Assembly (NCBI GenBank): GCA_046753765.1
Contig: JBHHUN010000003.1
Coordinates: forward strand, 21,001-85,000
Length of the DNA stretch: 64,000 nt
Source of the DNA: Candidatus Dojkabacteria bacterium
GTDB lineage: Bacteria > Patescibacteriota > Dojkabacteria > B142 > OLB20
Direction of reading: 5' to 3'
Shown: piece after piece, positions 38,912-48,814 of the stretch
How the letters are laid out: every line of letters starts with the position of its first letter
Numbering within the stretch: position 1 is the first letter of the stretch
Position numbers and translations under genes: made by a program
The notes under the pieces: generated by a model
What the model was told of the DNA's origin: nothing
Database searches by the model: none
What the model saw: only the letters and a program-made list of their open reading frames with translations

Positions 38912-39331
38912 ATGAAGATACATAAGTTGTTTTTAGTCTCGGTTTTATTATTTTTGAGCGGATGTAATTTGCTTGGTTTGGGGGGAACTCCGCCCGATGA
39001 CTCTGAGTTCGATACGCCAACCAGACCAACTACCGGAGAACTGACTCACACATTCAAAACAGAAGGTTTTAAATTGGAGTTGTTTTATGAAGATGCCGAG
39101 TTTACATATTTTGGCACAATGCAGACTCCAACTCCTTGCTCTGAAGTTCAGGTTGAAACACTAATAGCCGAGAGCTTCCCTGAGCAGGTATCTATCAATT
39201 TCACAACTAAGGAATCAGATGAGATCTGTATCCAGGTGATCGGAGAGAGGACATTTTCAGGTACGGTTACAGTTGACAGAGAGGCATCGTTTTCTGTAAG
39301 GGTGAACGGACAGCCAATTTCCGAAGTTTAA
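38912..39331 (+). CDS. Hypothetical lipoprotein
   Basis: Signal peptide plus a lipobox (LFLSGC). 139 aa, no known motif. Confidence 0.5.
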   Translation: MKIHKLFLVSVLLFLSGCNLLGLGGTPPDDSEFDTPTRPTTGELTHTFKTEGFKLELFYEDAEFTYFGTMQTPTPCSEVQVETLIAESFPEQVSINFTTKESDEICIQVIGERTFSGTVTVDREASFSVRVNGQPISEV

Positions 39332-39334
39332 AGC

Positions 39335-39778
39335 TTAAATTATTTCGAGGAGTTCAATCTCGAAAATGAGTGTCGCCCCGGGTGGTATTATTTCTCCTGA
39401 ACCGGCATCTCCATAACCAAGTTCTGGTGGGACCGTAAGCTTTCGTGTTCCTCCAACTTTCATCCCCTGAACGCCTTGCTCCCAGCCGGCAATTACTCCT
39501 CCACCCCCTAGTATAAACTCAAAGGGCTCTCTGCCTTCATCCTTTGAACTGTCAAACTGTGTGCCATCCTCGAGTGTCCCGGTGTAGTCAACGCGTAGTG
39601 TGTCCCCTGCTTTTGCTTCTGCACCTTCACCTGCGACAATGTCCTCGATTTGAAGGTCTTCGGATACCTCTAATGGTGGTGGGGTTGGTGTTATTACGTT
39701 TCCAAACTCATCAAGCGACTCTATGCAGCCACTGAGTACTAAGCTCAAAACAATCATTAGCGTGATTTTTTTTAGCAT
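39335..39778 (-). CDS. FKBP-type peptidyl-prolyl cis-trans isomerase lipoprotein
   Basis: FKBP domain (FEFILGGGGVIAGWEQGVQGMKVGGTRKLTVPPELGYG). Lipoprotein signal 'MLKKITLMIVLSLVLSGC' starting from the internal Met at 39778. The ORF track extends to 39826. Confidence 0.85.
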   Translation of the reverse strand: MLKKITLMIVLSLVLSGCIESLDEFGNVITPTPPPLEVSEDLQIEDIVAGEGAEAKAGDTLRVDYTGTLEDGTQFDSSKDEGREPFEFILGGGGVIAGWEQGVQGMKVGGTRKLTVPPELGYGDAGSGEIIPPGATLIFEIELLEII

Positions 39779-40004
39779 TGCGAAATCGATAAAATAATTA
39801 TGGCCAGAAAAGATATGGATTACCAAGGCCCCCTACAGAGTTGTTCACCCAAAGAAACACTCCATTCCACAAGCAGCAAAACAGTGTGGACGTCACCACA
39901 AGTACAATAACAGCTGCGATGAGCAGTTTCTTAGTATCTATCTCTGGCAGCTCGGCCTTTTCTCCTTCCATATTCGTACTAATATATCATGCAATGGATC
40001 AAAA

Positions 40005-40295
40005 TCAATCCCTGATCCAGACTTCGTAGGCTCCCTGCCCACCATTCTCGACTGATCCCACTTTGAAATCCTCAACAAGGGGATGCTTACTTAGGTATTT
40101 TGCTACCAGTGGCTTTAAAATGGGGCCGCTTGGCGAATGAAGTCCTTTGCCTGTGATTACGAGAACAGTATCTCTGTCATCTGCGTGCTGCTCTGTGAGG
40201 AAGTTGCCGAGAATGATCTCTATATCTGCATTGGTAAGCCTTCCCTTATCATGGAGATCTAGTGTGGCTTCTGCGACAAACGGTTTTATATGCAT
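40005..40295 (-). CDS. Smr-domain protein
   Basis: 96 aa with the motif 'LDLHDKGRLTNADIEII...DTVLVITGKGLHSPSGPILKPLVAKYL', matching the Smr (small MutS-related) domain. Confidence 0.65.
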   Translation of the reverse strand: MHIKPFVAEATLDLHDKGRLTNADIEIILGNFLTEQHADDRDTVLVITGKGLHSPSGPILKPLVAKYLSKHPLVEDFKVGSVENGGQGAYEVWIRD

Positions 40296-40306
40296 TGATT
40301 GTACAT

Positions 40307-41044
40307 TTATCTTTGGTTATCTATTAGTCTAGACTCTATCTCACCAAGTGCCCCTCTAACCTTCTCTCTCATCTCTTTTGAGTAAGGATTATAAAGCTGC
40401 ATATCTCTAAACAGCTCCCAGCTGTCGTGTGTTACATAGTTCATTGCTTCATAGATAATCTTGAATCCCTTTGTATCGATTGGGGTTGGCTTTATACCTG
40501 CAATTTGGCCTACGCGTCCGATAAGGTGATTGTAATTGATTGTGTAAGCCGAATAGCGGTCGTGCTCTTCGGGGGTTATCTCGAGTACATTGACTCCAAG
40601 TTTAGTCCAGAAGTCTTTTACGAAGTCATAAATTTTACGGTCGGCTGAGATGTTGGACAACATCATATTTAGACCTTCAAATTCTTCTCCATTGTTGGTG
40701 CTGTCCGGGCCGAAAACCGGGTGGCTGGCAATAATCTTTGTGCCAGCTTTAAGGTGTTTCTTCATCCATTCTACTGGTTTGACTTTCACTGATGAGACGT
40801 CCATCACCGTTGAGTTTTCCGGAAGTACAGGTGAGATTTTTTTTATTACTGACTCTAAGGCACCTATAGGGACTGCTGGAATGACGAGGTCTGATTTTAC
40901 CGTCTCATTGAAGGAGAAAAACTTCTTGCTGTTAGGTTTTGAATTGATGTCGTAGATCAGGATTTCAACTCCTTCGATATGCTCAAAGAAAATCTTCTCA
41001 AGAAGGGATCCGAATCTGCCGTAGCCGATGATGCCGATTTTCAT
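40307..41044 (-). CDS. NAD(P)-binding prephenate/arogenate dehydrogenase-like protein
   Basis: N-terminal Rossmann motif 'MKIGIIGYGRFGSLL'. The 245-aa length and layout resemble short TyrA-type dehydrogenases. The specific activity is uncertain. Confidence 0.4.
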   Translation of the reverse strand: MKIGIIGYGRFGSLLEKIFFEHIEGVEILIYDINSKPNSKKFFSFNETVKSDLVIPAVPIGALESVIKKISPVLPENSTVMDVSSVKVKPVEWMKKHLKAGTKIIASHPVFGPDSTNNGEEFEGLNMMLSNISADRKIYDFVKDFWTKLGVNVLEITPEEHDRYSAYTINYNHLIGRVGQIAGIKPTPIDTKGFKIIYEAMNYVTHDSWELFRDMQLYNPYSKEMREKVRGALGEIESRLIDNQR

Positions 41045-41105
41045 GACTTACTCATTAAACAGAGGTAGTTTATCAGTTTTAGTATTGTTATGAACAGAGT
41101 ATATT

Positions 41106-41758
41106 CTAAGCGATTGAGATGTTACTCAATGCCAAAACATAAGAGAGTCGCCTTTTACCTTTGTCTATCCAACCTTCGCCAAACTGAAAGCTTGAAGCAT
41201 TGATATTCGTGAGGCTGTCAAGTGGTCGCCCGGTAGCTCGGTTACTTGTTGTCCCTATGGTTGTTCTGATGATCTCGGCATCTGTAGCCGCTCTCATAGC
41301 GAACATCGCAGAATTTCCCGGGTCTCTTCCTTGCAGGAGCACTTGCATTGAATTAGCGATTGAGAAAAGTTCAGCCGGTTCCATCTCAGGGTCAAGGAAG
41401 TAAACGCCTGTCGGGCAGTTAGGCATTGAAGCGGCAACACGTGTGAGTTGTTTTGTATCATAACCCTCTCTAAGAAGGTGATTTGTGCCTTTGTGACTCT
41501 TCTGCTTATAACTCTTATTGTAGAACCATCTGGTACTAAACTACTTACTGCAGATATTGCTGCGGGTTCAGATGAGACCACAACCAAAGATGTGTGCAGG
41601 GAAGGATGATTATTTGCTAAGTCTTCGCGGCCGAGAAGTGATTTAACCACCTGATATCTTCGATTGAAGGGGAACTGGCCTCTTTCTTGCTGGTAGGCTG
41701 ATAATCCTTTCAAGTATGCAAAAGAATCCTCGGTTGTTCTGTAGTCAATAAGTTCCAT
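41106..41758 (-). pseudogene. Two overlapping minus-strand ORFs in different frames (41294-41758 and 41106-41426): possible frameshifted gene or sequencing error; product unknown
   Basis: The ORFs overlap by 133 nt in different frames, with no plus-strand alternative. Neither has a recognisable motif. Confidence 0.3.
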
Positions 41759-41908
41759 CCGTATCAGAAATTGACTTTATATATCGCAAATATCTCTCAG
41801 ATATTACACTTTAAATGTCAAAAGCGCCAGTGTATTCTTGTTTGTAAGATGATTCGAGAAAGATTGTTATTACGTCTATGAGCAACCAGAGTCGGGAATT
41901 CGAGGGCT

Positions 41909-42373
41909 TCATTTCAGCATGTTAATCTCATCAATTAGAGTTCTATTGACTGTGAAATGATGAGTGTTTAATCCTGCCAGCCGTGCGATTCTAATATTCC
42001 TTGCTTTGTCGTCGATAAACATGATTTCATCGGGACTAATCTTAATTCGGTCCAAAACAAGTCGGTAGATCTCGATGTTTCTTTTGTTCATCCCCATTAC
42101 TTTAGTTATATAGACGTCCCTGAAAAGTTTGTCGATCCTGGATTTTAGTATTGGGAGCTCGAGAAGGTCGGTGCTACCTGTAAACAGATACATATTGAAG
42201 CTATCTTTAATGCTCTCAAGGTACTCAAAAAGCTCCTCATTAACGTAAAAGTGCTGGTTGAATTTTTCCTGGTTTCTGAGTGCCTGTTTGTAAAGTTTGT
42301 TGACACTTCTAATAGTTTCATCTTTTGGTAAGACCAAAACCCGTGCAAAATCAACTAGAAGAGTTGTAATCAT
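41909..42373 (-). CDS. HAD-superfamily hydrolase (paralogue 1)
   Basis: 154 aa. N-terminal 'LLVDFARVLV' and C-terminal 'FIDDKARNIRIARLAGL' (HAD motif IV region). Paralogous to the adjacent gene. Confidence 0.6.
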   Translation of the reverse strand: MITTLLVDFARVLVLPKDETIRSVNKLYKQALRNQEKFNQHFYVNEELFEYLESIKDSFNMYLFTGSTDLLELPILKSRIDKLFRDVYITKVMGMNKRNIEIYRLVLDRIKISPDEIMFIDDKARNIRIARLAGLNTHHFTVNRTLIDEINMLK

Positions 42374-42855
42374 TACTGAAGACTTTGATCTAAATAGCTG
42401 AAAAGCTTTTTGTTACTTGCAAACTGATGGACATGCAGCCCCGCCATCATCGCTGCGTCAATGTTTTGATGCTTATCGTCGATAAACAAAACCTCACTGG
42501 GTCGTTTCCGGATCTTCCTTAGGACCTCCTCGTAAGCAGTGTGAGATTTCTTGCTTGTCCCCAGTTGCTTCACTGTGAAAATCTTATCAAAGGTAGCCTC
42601 AATATCTTTCTTTATCTCTTTTGCAAATACGATATCACGGCTGGCGGAGTACAGGTAGATCTTGTGACTGCTCTTAAGAGCCTGAAGTTTCTTGATTAAT
42701 GCCTTGTTTAGGCGAAAGTGCTTACCGAAATCCTTTCCTTCCTTCCTAATTTTGTCGAAAAGATCGCTCATGCTGGGAATGTCGGAGTGCTTGGGGATGA
42801 GAACGACTCTAGCGAAATCAACGAGTAGAGTATTTATCTTGCCGTCCTTATCCAT
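42373..42855 (-). CDS. HAD-superfamily hydrolase (paralogue 2)
   Basis: 160 aa. 'LLVDFARVVLIP' … 'FIDDKHQNIDAAMMAGL'. Tandem duplicate of 41909-42373. Confidence 0.6.
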   Translation of the reverse strand: MDKDGKINTLLVDFARVVLIPKHSDIPSMSDLFDKIRKEGKDFGKHFRLNKALIKKLQALKSSHKIYLYSASRDIVFAKEIKKDIEATFDKIFTVKQLGTSKKSHTAYEEVLRKIRKRPSEVLFIDDKHQNIDAAMMAGLHVHQFASNKKLFSYLDQSLQ

Positions 42856-42960
42856 AACAGATTATACATGATTCTCTTTTGTAAGTCTTCTCGCAGAGGT
42901 GTTTTTGAGTTGCATAATGGGTCTATGTTATGCTTGGATGATACTTCTTAGAAATTACGC

Positions 42961-44085
42961 ATGAACCCAACAACTCAGGACTTCAAACTTGCCGGGATCT
43001 TTCTAGATCACTCACTCAAGATCAAAGCTAAGGAAAAAGTGTTAATCTCTGTCTCAGAGCACATCTCGAATCCACTGATAAAGGCTGTGTACATTGAAAC
43101 GTTGAAGCGTGGTGCCTATCCGGTGATAGACAGTGGAATTTCAAACCTATATGTAAACAGGGCGAGCTTTGATGGGTTGAATTACCAGTTGTACAAGCTC
43201 GCGAACGATTGGCAGCTAAACTATATACCTGAGGATATTTTAAAGGCTTATGTAGACTGGGCTGATGCGTTTGTGCGGATAACCTCGATTTTTAACAAAA
43301 CAGAGTTGAGTCAGATTGCAACTGACAAAGTAGGTAAAAGAAAGAAGCTGGTTTCTCCGATCTTTGAGAGTATGATTAACTCTGATAGATGGGTTCTGAC
43401 GTATTATCCTACATATGCTATGGCCCAGGCTGCAGGTGTATCCCTTGAATGGTTAACAGACTTTTACTACAAGGCTTGCATAGTCGATTATGCCAAGATG
43501 GAGGCTGAGCTCCAAGGGCTTGAAAAAGTGTTAGACACAGGAAAAGAGGTTAAGGTGATGGGTGAAGATACCGATCTTAAGCTGTCTATTGCAGGTAATC
43601 TTGCAAAGGCTGCGTATGGCGAAGCGAATATTCCAGATGGCGAAGTGTTCTTAGCACCTATCCCTGAGAGCGTTGAAGGAAAAGTATATTTTGATATGCC
43701 GACGCTTTACCACGGTAGTGAAATGCATGGTATCAGGCTGGTATTTAAAAAAGGAAAGGTTGTTAAGGCAACTGCCGAGGTTGGTCAGGCTGCTCTGGAG
43801 GAGATTCTGAATACTGACAAAGGATCAAGATATCTTGGTGAGTTTGCTATCGGAGCAAACTACAACATTAAGGATGCGATGAAAGAGACCTTGTTTGACG
43901 AGAAGATCGGTGGAACGATCCATATGGCGCTTGGCAGAGCATACAAAGAGAAACGCGGCGGTGCGCCTGAGGGCGGAAACAAATCGGTGATTCACTGGGA
44001 TATTGTAAAAGATATGCGCAAGAAGGGTTCGGTAGTGTTAGTGGACGGGAAAGAGGTGCTTAAAGATGGGAGAATCTTGTTCTAA
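42961..44085 (+). CDS. Aminopeptidase, M29 (AmpS/aminopeptidase T-like) family
   Basis: 374 aa. The overall pattern and length resemble M29 thermophilic metalloaminopeptidases. Assignment is by overall resemblance only. Confidence 0.45.
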   Translation: MNPTTQDFKLAGIFLDHSLKIKAKEKVLISVSEHISNPLIKAVYIETLKRGAYPVIDSGISNLYVNRASFDGLNYQLYKLANDWQLNYIPEDILKAYVDWADAFVRITSIFNKTELSQIATDKVGKRKKLVSPIFESMINSDRWVLTYYPTYAMAQAAGVSLEWLTDFYYKACIVDYAKMEAELQGLEKVLDTGKEVKVMGEDTDLKLSIAGNLAKAAYGEANIPDGEVFLAPIPESVEGKVYFDMPTLYHGSEMHGIRLVFKKGKVVKATAEVGQAALEEILNTDKGSRYLGEFAIGANYNIKDAMKETLFDEKIGGTIHMALGRAYKEKRGGAPEGGNKSVIHWDIVKDMRKKGSVVLVDGKEVLKDGRILF

Positions 44086-44124
44086 TCAACTTCTGTGCTG
44101 CATGGGTTCAAGGGATTTCTGATC

Positions 44125-44151
44125 ATGAGGGGTGCCTACGGCACCCCTCAT
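44125..44151. terminator. Perfect 12-bp GC-rich inverted repeat (ATGAGGGGTGCC-TAC-GGCACCCCTCAT) between convergent genes: candidate bidirectional terminator hairpin
   Basis: Read directly from the sequence: a 12-bp stem and 3-nt loop between the aminopeptidase (+) and 44177-45292 (−) stops. No flanking U-tract. Confidence 0.45.
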
Positions 44152-44176
44152 CAAATTCAAATCTAAACCTGCAATC

Positions 44177-45292
44177 CTATTTATTCTTCTTTCTTTTCTT
44201 TGTTTTTCCGGTTGTTCTAACCCCCATCAGTGCCCTCTTCTTGTTTACAACCATCGCTCCAAGAGTCCATGAGACAAGTAGTAGGTTGATAAAGAAGATT
44301 ATGATTCCACCGAGAAGTGGTATTAAGCCGAGAAGGAGTATCACTCCTTCAACAACTACGAACCCAACTACCAGTGGCAATGCCCTGCCGGTGTTTGGTC
44401 GTCCAAATTTCACCAACAAGTGTCGACCGACGAAGTAGTTTGCATACACTCCAGTAAGGTACCATGCAAGTAGACCGATGATGCCCAGCACGATTGCCGT
44501 GTGCAGACCGAAGATCGTAAGTAACAGTACCAATAAGAGTACCGGGGCAACAATCAAAGTTACAAATCCAAGTAGAACCGATTTCCAACCGTCATTTTTC
44601 ATGGCGGTCAGTGTGTTTTCGCTGAATACCGGGAATAATCGCAGTACAACGTAGGCGGCAATAATGCTACCTATTAACATAATCAGTTTCAGGATGAGCG
44701 ATACGACGAAAGATGCTCCTAAGAAAGCTCCAACAAGTGCTCCAAGATCTTCATCAGAGAATTCAAAGCTAGAAAAGCCACCACTAAAGTGACTTGCATT
44801 GGTTAAATCCACTGGATTATCTGTCGTTCCTCTTACACCGTGCCCAGCTGAGAGAATCTCCTGACCACCGACAAATGATTCACTGGAAATCGAATATCTA
44901 CCAGCAAATATGACAAGGTCACCTGAAACGGTTCCGTTGATATATACCTCTCCTGCTGCAATCCGAAGGTCGCCAAGAACGTCACCGTTGATAACAACGT
45001 ACCCGGCAGCGATCATTGCGTCTCCGTTGACAACGCCGTCGACCTGAACGGCACCTGCAGCAGCAAGTAGGTTATCACCAACTTCTCCACTGATGACGAG
45101 CTGGTCGCCTGCAATTAAAAGGTCTCCGGCTACATCATCGGAATATGCAGTAGTACCCTCTTCAAGGGTCACGTACCGGTTAGGCGAATCAGTCCCGAGT
45201 GTTGCAAACTGAGCAGACACCGGTAAGACGAAAGCCAAAGGGAGCGCAATGGCTGTGAGCAGTACGCCAAGACGGGTTAGCTTGCGCTTCAT
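44177..45292 (-). CDS. Secreted beta-helix-repeat (bactofilin/polymer-forming-like) protein with a C-terminal polytopic membrane domain
   Basis: Signal peptide (…LPVSAQF). Repeats of the form 'GDLLIAGDQLVISGEVGDNLLAAAGAVQVDGVVNGDAMIAAGYVVINGDVLGDLRIAAGEVYINGTVSGDLVIFAG'. Then ~5 TM helices and a KKRKK tail. Confidence 0.5.
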   Translation of the reverse strand: MKRKLTRLGVLLTAIALPLAFVLPVSAQFATLGTDSPNRYVTLEEGTTAYSDDVAGDLLIAGDQLVISGEVGDNLLAAAGAVQVDGVVNGDAMIAAGYVVINGDVLGDLRIAAGEVYINGTVSGDLVIFAGRYSISSESFVGGQEILSAGHGVRGTTDNPVDLTNASHFSGGFSSFEFSDEDLGALVGAFLGASFVVSLILKLIMLIGSIIAAYVVLRLFPVFSENTLTAMKNDGWKSVLLGFVTLIVAPVLLLVLLLTIFGLHTAIVLGIIGLLAWYLTGVYANYFVGRHLLVKFGRPNTGRALPLVVGFVVVEGVILLLGLIPLLGGIIIFFINLLLVSWTLGAMVVNKKRALMGVRTTGKTKKRKKNK

Positions 45293-45427
45293 AATTTGGA
45301 ATAATAATAAATAAGTTAGTACCTCTTATCTTAGTAAACTTATAAATCGCTGTAAAGCAAGCTGGAAGACGATTTTGTTGACTGAAGCAGGATGATTTGA
45401 TAGTGTTGGCTCAATAGTGAGACTAAA

Positions 45428-45925
45428 ATGAAGCAGATTGCACTGATGATAGTTATTCTCCCATTTGTGGCTGCATGCTCTACGACAGCGATTCACGAGA
45501 ACAGAACTGTTAACTTCAACTATAAGAGTGTCAGGGTTGTGTATTTCGCAATGGATGCCGTCTTGAAGGTTGATTCGGTGACCTGGGATTTTTTTCCATC
45601 ACAGGGTGTGCTTGAGCATGAAACAGACGAAGAGATGCAGTTTGTGAAGGTTAGCTTGACGTTTGATAATAATAGTCCCGACAGTTTTCCCCTTAACTAC
45701 TCCTCCTTTAAACTTGCAGTTGCAGATAAACACTACCAACAGACTGCTTATATTAATTCGGGGCAGGTAGACGACATACTTAAGTCTCAAGAGATTATGC
45801 CTCGAAACAATGTGTCTGGGGCGGTATATTTTGAAGTTCCAGCAGAGGTCGAACAATCAGAGGTTAAACTTATCTACACAGGGTTTGATAATGGAGAGAA
45901 AGAGTATGAGCTTGGTCTCGAATGA
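45428..45925 (+). CDS. Hypothetical lipoprotein (DUF4352-like)
   Basis: Lipobox 'ILPFVAAC'. 165-aa beta-rich protein. Confidence 0.45.
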   Translation: MKQIALMIVILPFVAACSTTAIHENRTVNFNYKSVRVVYFAMDAVLKVDSVTWDFFPSQGVLEHETDEEMQFVKVSLTFDNNSPDSFPLNYSSFKLAVADKHYQQTAYINSGQVDDILKSQEIMPRNNVSGAVYFEVPAEVEQSEVKLIYTGFDNGEKEYELGLE

Positions 45926-47143
45926 TTATTCGTACCGCAGTGCGTCAATTGGATTGAGGTTTGCTGCCGTATAGGCAGGATAGAATCCAAAAATAACACC
46001 AATTGTCGCCGAGACAGATGTCGCAAGGATTACTGCTTCGGGTGAGAGTATGACCGGCAGGTCTCCAATGGTTCCAATGATATTCCCCAACAAAACCCCG
46101 AAGATGATACCCAATACACCTCCAATTAGCGTAAGTGTGACCGACTCAGCGAGAAACTGCGATAAAATTGCACTTTGTTTCGCCCCAACAGCTTTTCGCA
46201 ACCCAATTTCTTTGGTTCTTTCTGAAACGGAGACAAGCATAATATTCATTATTCCAATGCCGCCAACCACTAATGAGATACCTGCAATTGCTGTTAGAAG
46301 TGTGGTGAATATTGAAGTTACAGTGCCTGCTAAGGAGGCTACATCCTCTGATGTGACAATGCTGAATGGAGCATCTTCGCCGTCCTTTACATGGTAAAAC
46401 TCGTTGAATGCTGTCTCGATTTTGATTGCGACTGAATCAACAAGTGTCTCCTTTTCTACCTGTACAATGATCGCAGAGGGGTCATCTGAGCCAAATAAGT
46501 TGCCCGCGGCGGTATTGAAGGGGATATAAATCTGGGTGTTAAACTGATTGCTTTTTGGCTCTAGAACGCCGATAACTTTGTAATTAGTACCGTCAATCCT
46601 TATGCTCTCATCCACAGCTTCACTTTCGCCGAATAGAGTGGCGTAGACATCGGATCCAAGTACGGCGTACTTCCTGAGTTTTGCATCATCTCTGTCTGTA
46701 AAAACAACGCCGTTGTCTGTCACTAAACCCCGTATACTGAAATAGTCTGCGTTAACACCGGAAACACTGCTAAAAGATTGTCTTGCGCCCCTTGTAACGC
46801 TAAATGATGTTGAGACCTCAAACCCAATGCTTTGAACCTCTTTAAACTTCACATCGTTTTCAAGGAGATTGAGCAGACGGCTATCTAAGCGCTTGGTCGC
46901 GAAGTTAGCAAAGTCCGCACGCGTGTTGAAACTGGAAAAGTCAGATATGGGAATTACATTTACGGTATTAGCCCCCAGTCCCGCGACCTGATCTAATATG
47001 AGTTGCTGCGCGCCTTGTCCCACGGATAGGAGTGCAATCACTGCCGCAATTCCGATAATTATCCCGAGGATAGTCAGAAACGACCTGATCTTGTTTGCAA
47101 CTATCGAACTAAAAGAAACTTTTATTACTTCAAATATACTCAT
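45926..47143 (-). CDS. ABC transporter permease, FtsX/MacB-type
   Basis: 405 aa. N-terminal TM helix, large periplasmic domain and a C-terminal 3-TM FtsX domain. Translationally coupled to the upstream ATPase. Confidence 0.8.
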   Translation of the reverse strand: MSIFEVIKVSFSSIVANKIRSFLTILGIIIGIAAVIALLSVGQGAQQLILDQVAGLGANTVNVIPISDFSSFNTRADFANFATKRLDSRLLNLLENDVKFKEVQSIGFEVSTSFSVTRGARQSFSSVSGVNADYFSIRGLVTDNGVVFTDRDDAKLRKYAVLGSDVYATLFGESEAVDESIRIDGTNYKVIGVLEPKSNQFNTQIYIPFNTAAGNLFGSDDPSAIIVQVEKETLVDSVAIKIETAFNEFYHVKDGEDAPFSIVTSEDVASLAGTVTSIFTTLLTAIAGISLVVGGIGIMNIMLVSVSERTKEIGLRKAVGAKQSAILSQFLAESVTLTLIGGVLGIIFGVLLGNIIGTIGDLPVILSPEAVILATSVSATIGVIFGFYPAYTAANLNPIDALRYE

Positions 47144-47859
47144 CAGTTTGATCGTGTATGGACTATTTGGCCGTCTCTAAGATAAATTATCTTTTCTGCA
47201 TAATCCGCGATGTTTTTTTCGTGCGTGATCAGGATAATTGTATTGCCATCCTTGTGAATCTCACTTAAGATTCTCATGATGTCTTCTGCCATCGCAGAGT
47301 CGAGATTACCAGTTGGTTCATCTGCCATTATGATGGCTGGACTCATGATTAATGCTCTGGCGATAGCAACTCTCTGAGTCTCTCCGCCTGACAATTGGTT
47401 TGGTATGTTATGTTCTTTCTTTTTGAGGCCGACTTTGTTTAACACGCTCCGCATCTTACTCTTTCGTTCGGCTACATCACCATAGAGAGTCGGAAGGATT
47501 ATATTTTCAGCGACAGATATCTTTGGCAGGAGATTAAACTGCTGGAAGACGAAGCCGACATCATTGTTACGAAATTCAGCCAGTTGATTTGAACTAAAAG
47601 CGCTTATATCTCTTCCACGGACGAGGTACTCTCCTGAGGTCGGTACGTCCAGTGCACCAAGAATGTTCATCATAGTGCTTTTCCCCGAACCGGAAGGTCC
47701 CATGATGCCTACGAACTCACCTTTGTCTATCTTGAGGTTAATTCCTTTAAGTGCCTCGAAGGCGTTTTCCTTACCAGGATTATACGTTTTGTAAACGTCC
47801 TTAAGCTCGATCAGGTGTCGGTTCTCTTTTTTTTCTGTAGTAGATTTTCGATCAGACAT
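47143..47859 (-). CDS. ABC transporter ATP-binding protein (MacB/LolD-type)
   Basis: Walker A (GPSGSGKST), signature (LSGGETQRVAIARAL) and Walker B (IIMADEPTGNLD). Confidence 0.9.
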   Translation of the reverse strand: MSDRKSTTEKKENRHLIELKDVYKTYNPGKENAFEALKGINLKIDKGEFVGIMGPSGSGKSTMMNILGALDVPTSGEYLVRGRDISAFSSNQLAEFRNNDVGFVFQQFNLLPKISVAENIILPTLYGDVAERKSKMRSVLNKVGLKKKEHNIPNQLSGGETQRVAIARALIMSPAIIMADEPTGNLDSAMAEDIMRILSEIHKDGNTIILITHEKNIADYAEKIIYLRDGQIVHTRSN

Positions 47860-47863
47860 TGAA

Positions 47864-48775
47864 TCAATTAAATATGAAAAAGCTTCGGGTTGCAGTAAAG
47901 GATGGCTCTACGATCTCATCGCCCTCGCTCAGCCCCGACTCAATCTCTATAAACCTATCAGTTTCTAGACCTGTTGTAACCTCTACTTCAGTGATAGTAA
48001 ATTCCGTCCTCTCCTCGTTATCGTATGTTAGGACTTTGACGAAATTCTTGTCATCCCTTTCTATTACCGAGCTCTCAGGTACAGCAATAACATCCTGAAC
48101 TTTTGCAGTAAGAATTTCGATGTCCACACTCATACCTAATCGCACTTTTTTGGGGACGGTGTCTGGCTTCACACGAACGATATAATTCACAGCACTTGTG
48201 CTTGGCTCCGCGTCTGGAGCAACATATATAACTTTTCCGTCATATTCATCTTTAAATGAGAGTGCTGGAAAGACAAGAGTGGTAGTCTGTTTTCTTTTCA
48301 CATCCACAATATCATTTTCGTTTACACTGACTTCGACAACGTATCTGCTGTCGTCAACAATTCTAACCCCAAACGTTCCCAATGGAGAAAAGGTGTCTTC
48401 ATCAACATTTACTTCTGTAACCAATCCTGCAATTGGGGCCTTTATCTTTTCTTCACTTGTTGAGAATGCTCCGTTTACCTCTACCTCAGCTAGAACCTGA
48501 TCTACCTTAACTCTATCCCCAACCTCAACGTTTACACTAACTACTCTTGACTGTGAAGGGAAAACGACCTCGCTCTCTTCGATTCCCCTGAGTTTCCCGT
48601 CGACAGAAACAACACGCTCAACATCCCGGATGCTGACCTTTTCTATAGCCTCAGATGGAAGTGTCGAGCCCTGATCCCGCATATTAAACATTAGGAATAC
48701 TAGAACAACAATGACTACAATCAACAGTCCAATGATCAATCGAAACTGCTTAATTCTCTCTTTCAATCTACTCAT
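47864..48775 (-). CDS. Efflux periplasmic adaptor (HlyD/MacA-like membrane fusion protein)
   Basis: 303 aa. N-terminal TM helix, then a beta-barrel/lipoyl-like MFP region. It sits first in the MFP-ATPase-permease order typical of MacAB systems. Confidence 0.7.
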   Translation of the reverse strand: MSRLKERIKQFRLIIGLLIVVIVVLVFLMFNMRDQGSTLPSEAIEKVSIRDVERVVSVDGKLRGIEESEVVFPSQSRVVSVNVEVGDRVKVDQVLAEVEVNGAFSTSEEKIKAPIAGLVTEVNVDEDTFSPLGTFGVRIVDDSRYVVEVSVNENDIVDVKRKQTTTLVFPALSFKDEYDGKVIYVAPDAEPSTSAVNYIVRVKPDTVPKKVRLGMSVDIEILTAKVQDVIAVPESSVIERDDKNFVKVLTYDNEERTEFTITEVEVTTGLETDRFIEIESGLSEGDEIVEPSFTATRSFFIFN

Positions 48776-48814
48776 GGTTTTAACAGATAATATATATTAA
48801 ATAGTTAATGAGAT

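Noticed and set aside
41106-41758. Resemblance to the CinA C-terminal (PncC) domain
   Set aside because: The weak pattern similarity ('IGTTSNRATG', 'SSLVPDGS') does not include the conserved AESCTGG motif of CinA/PncC, so I dropped the idea.
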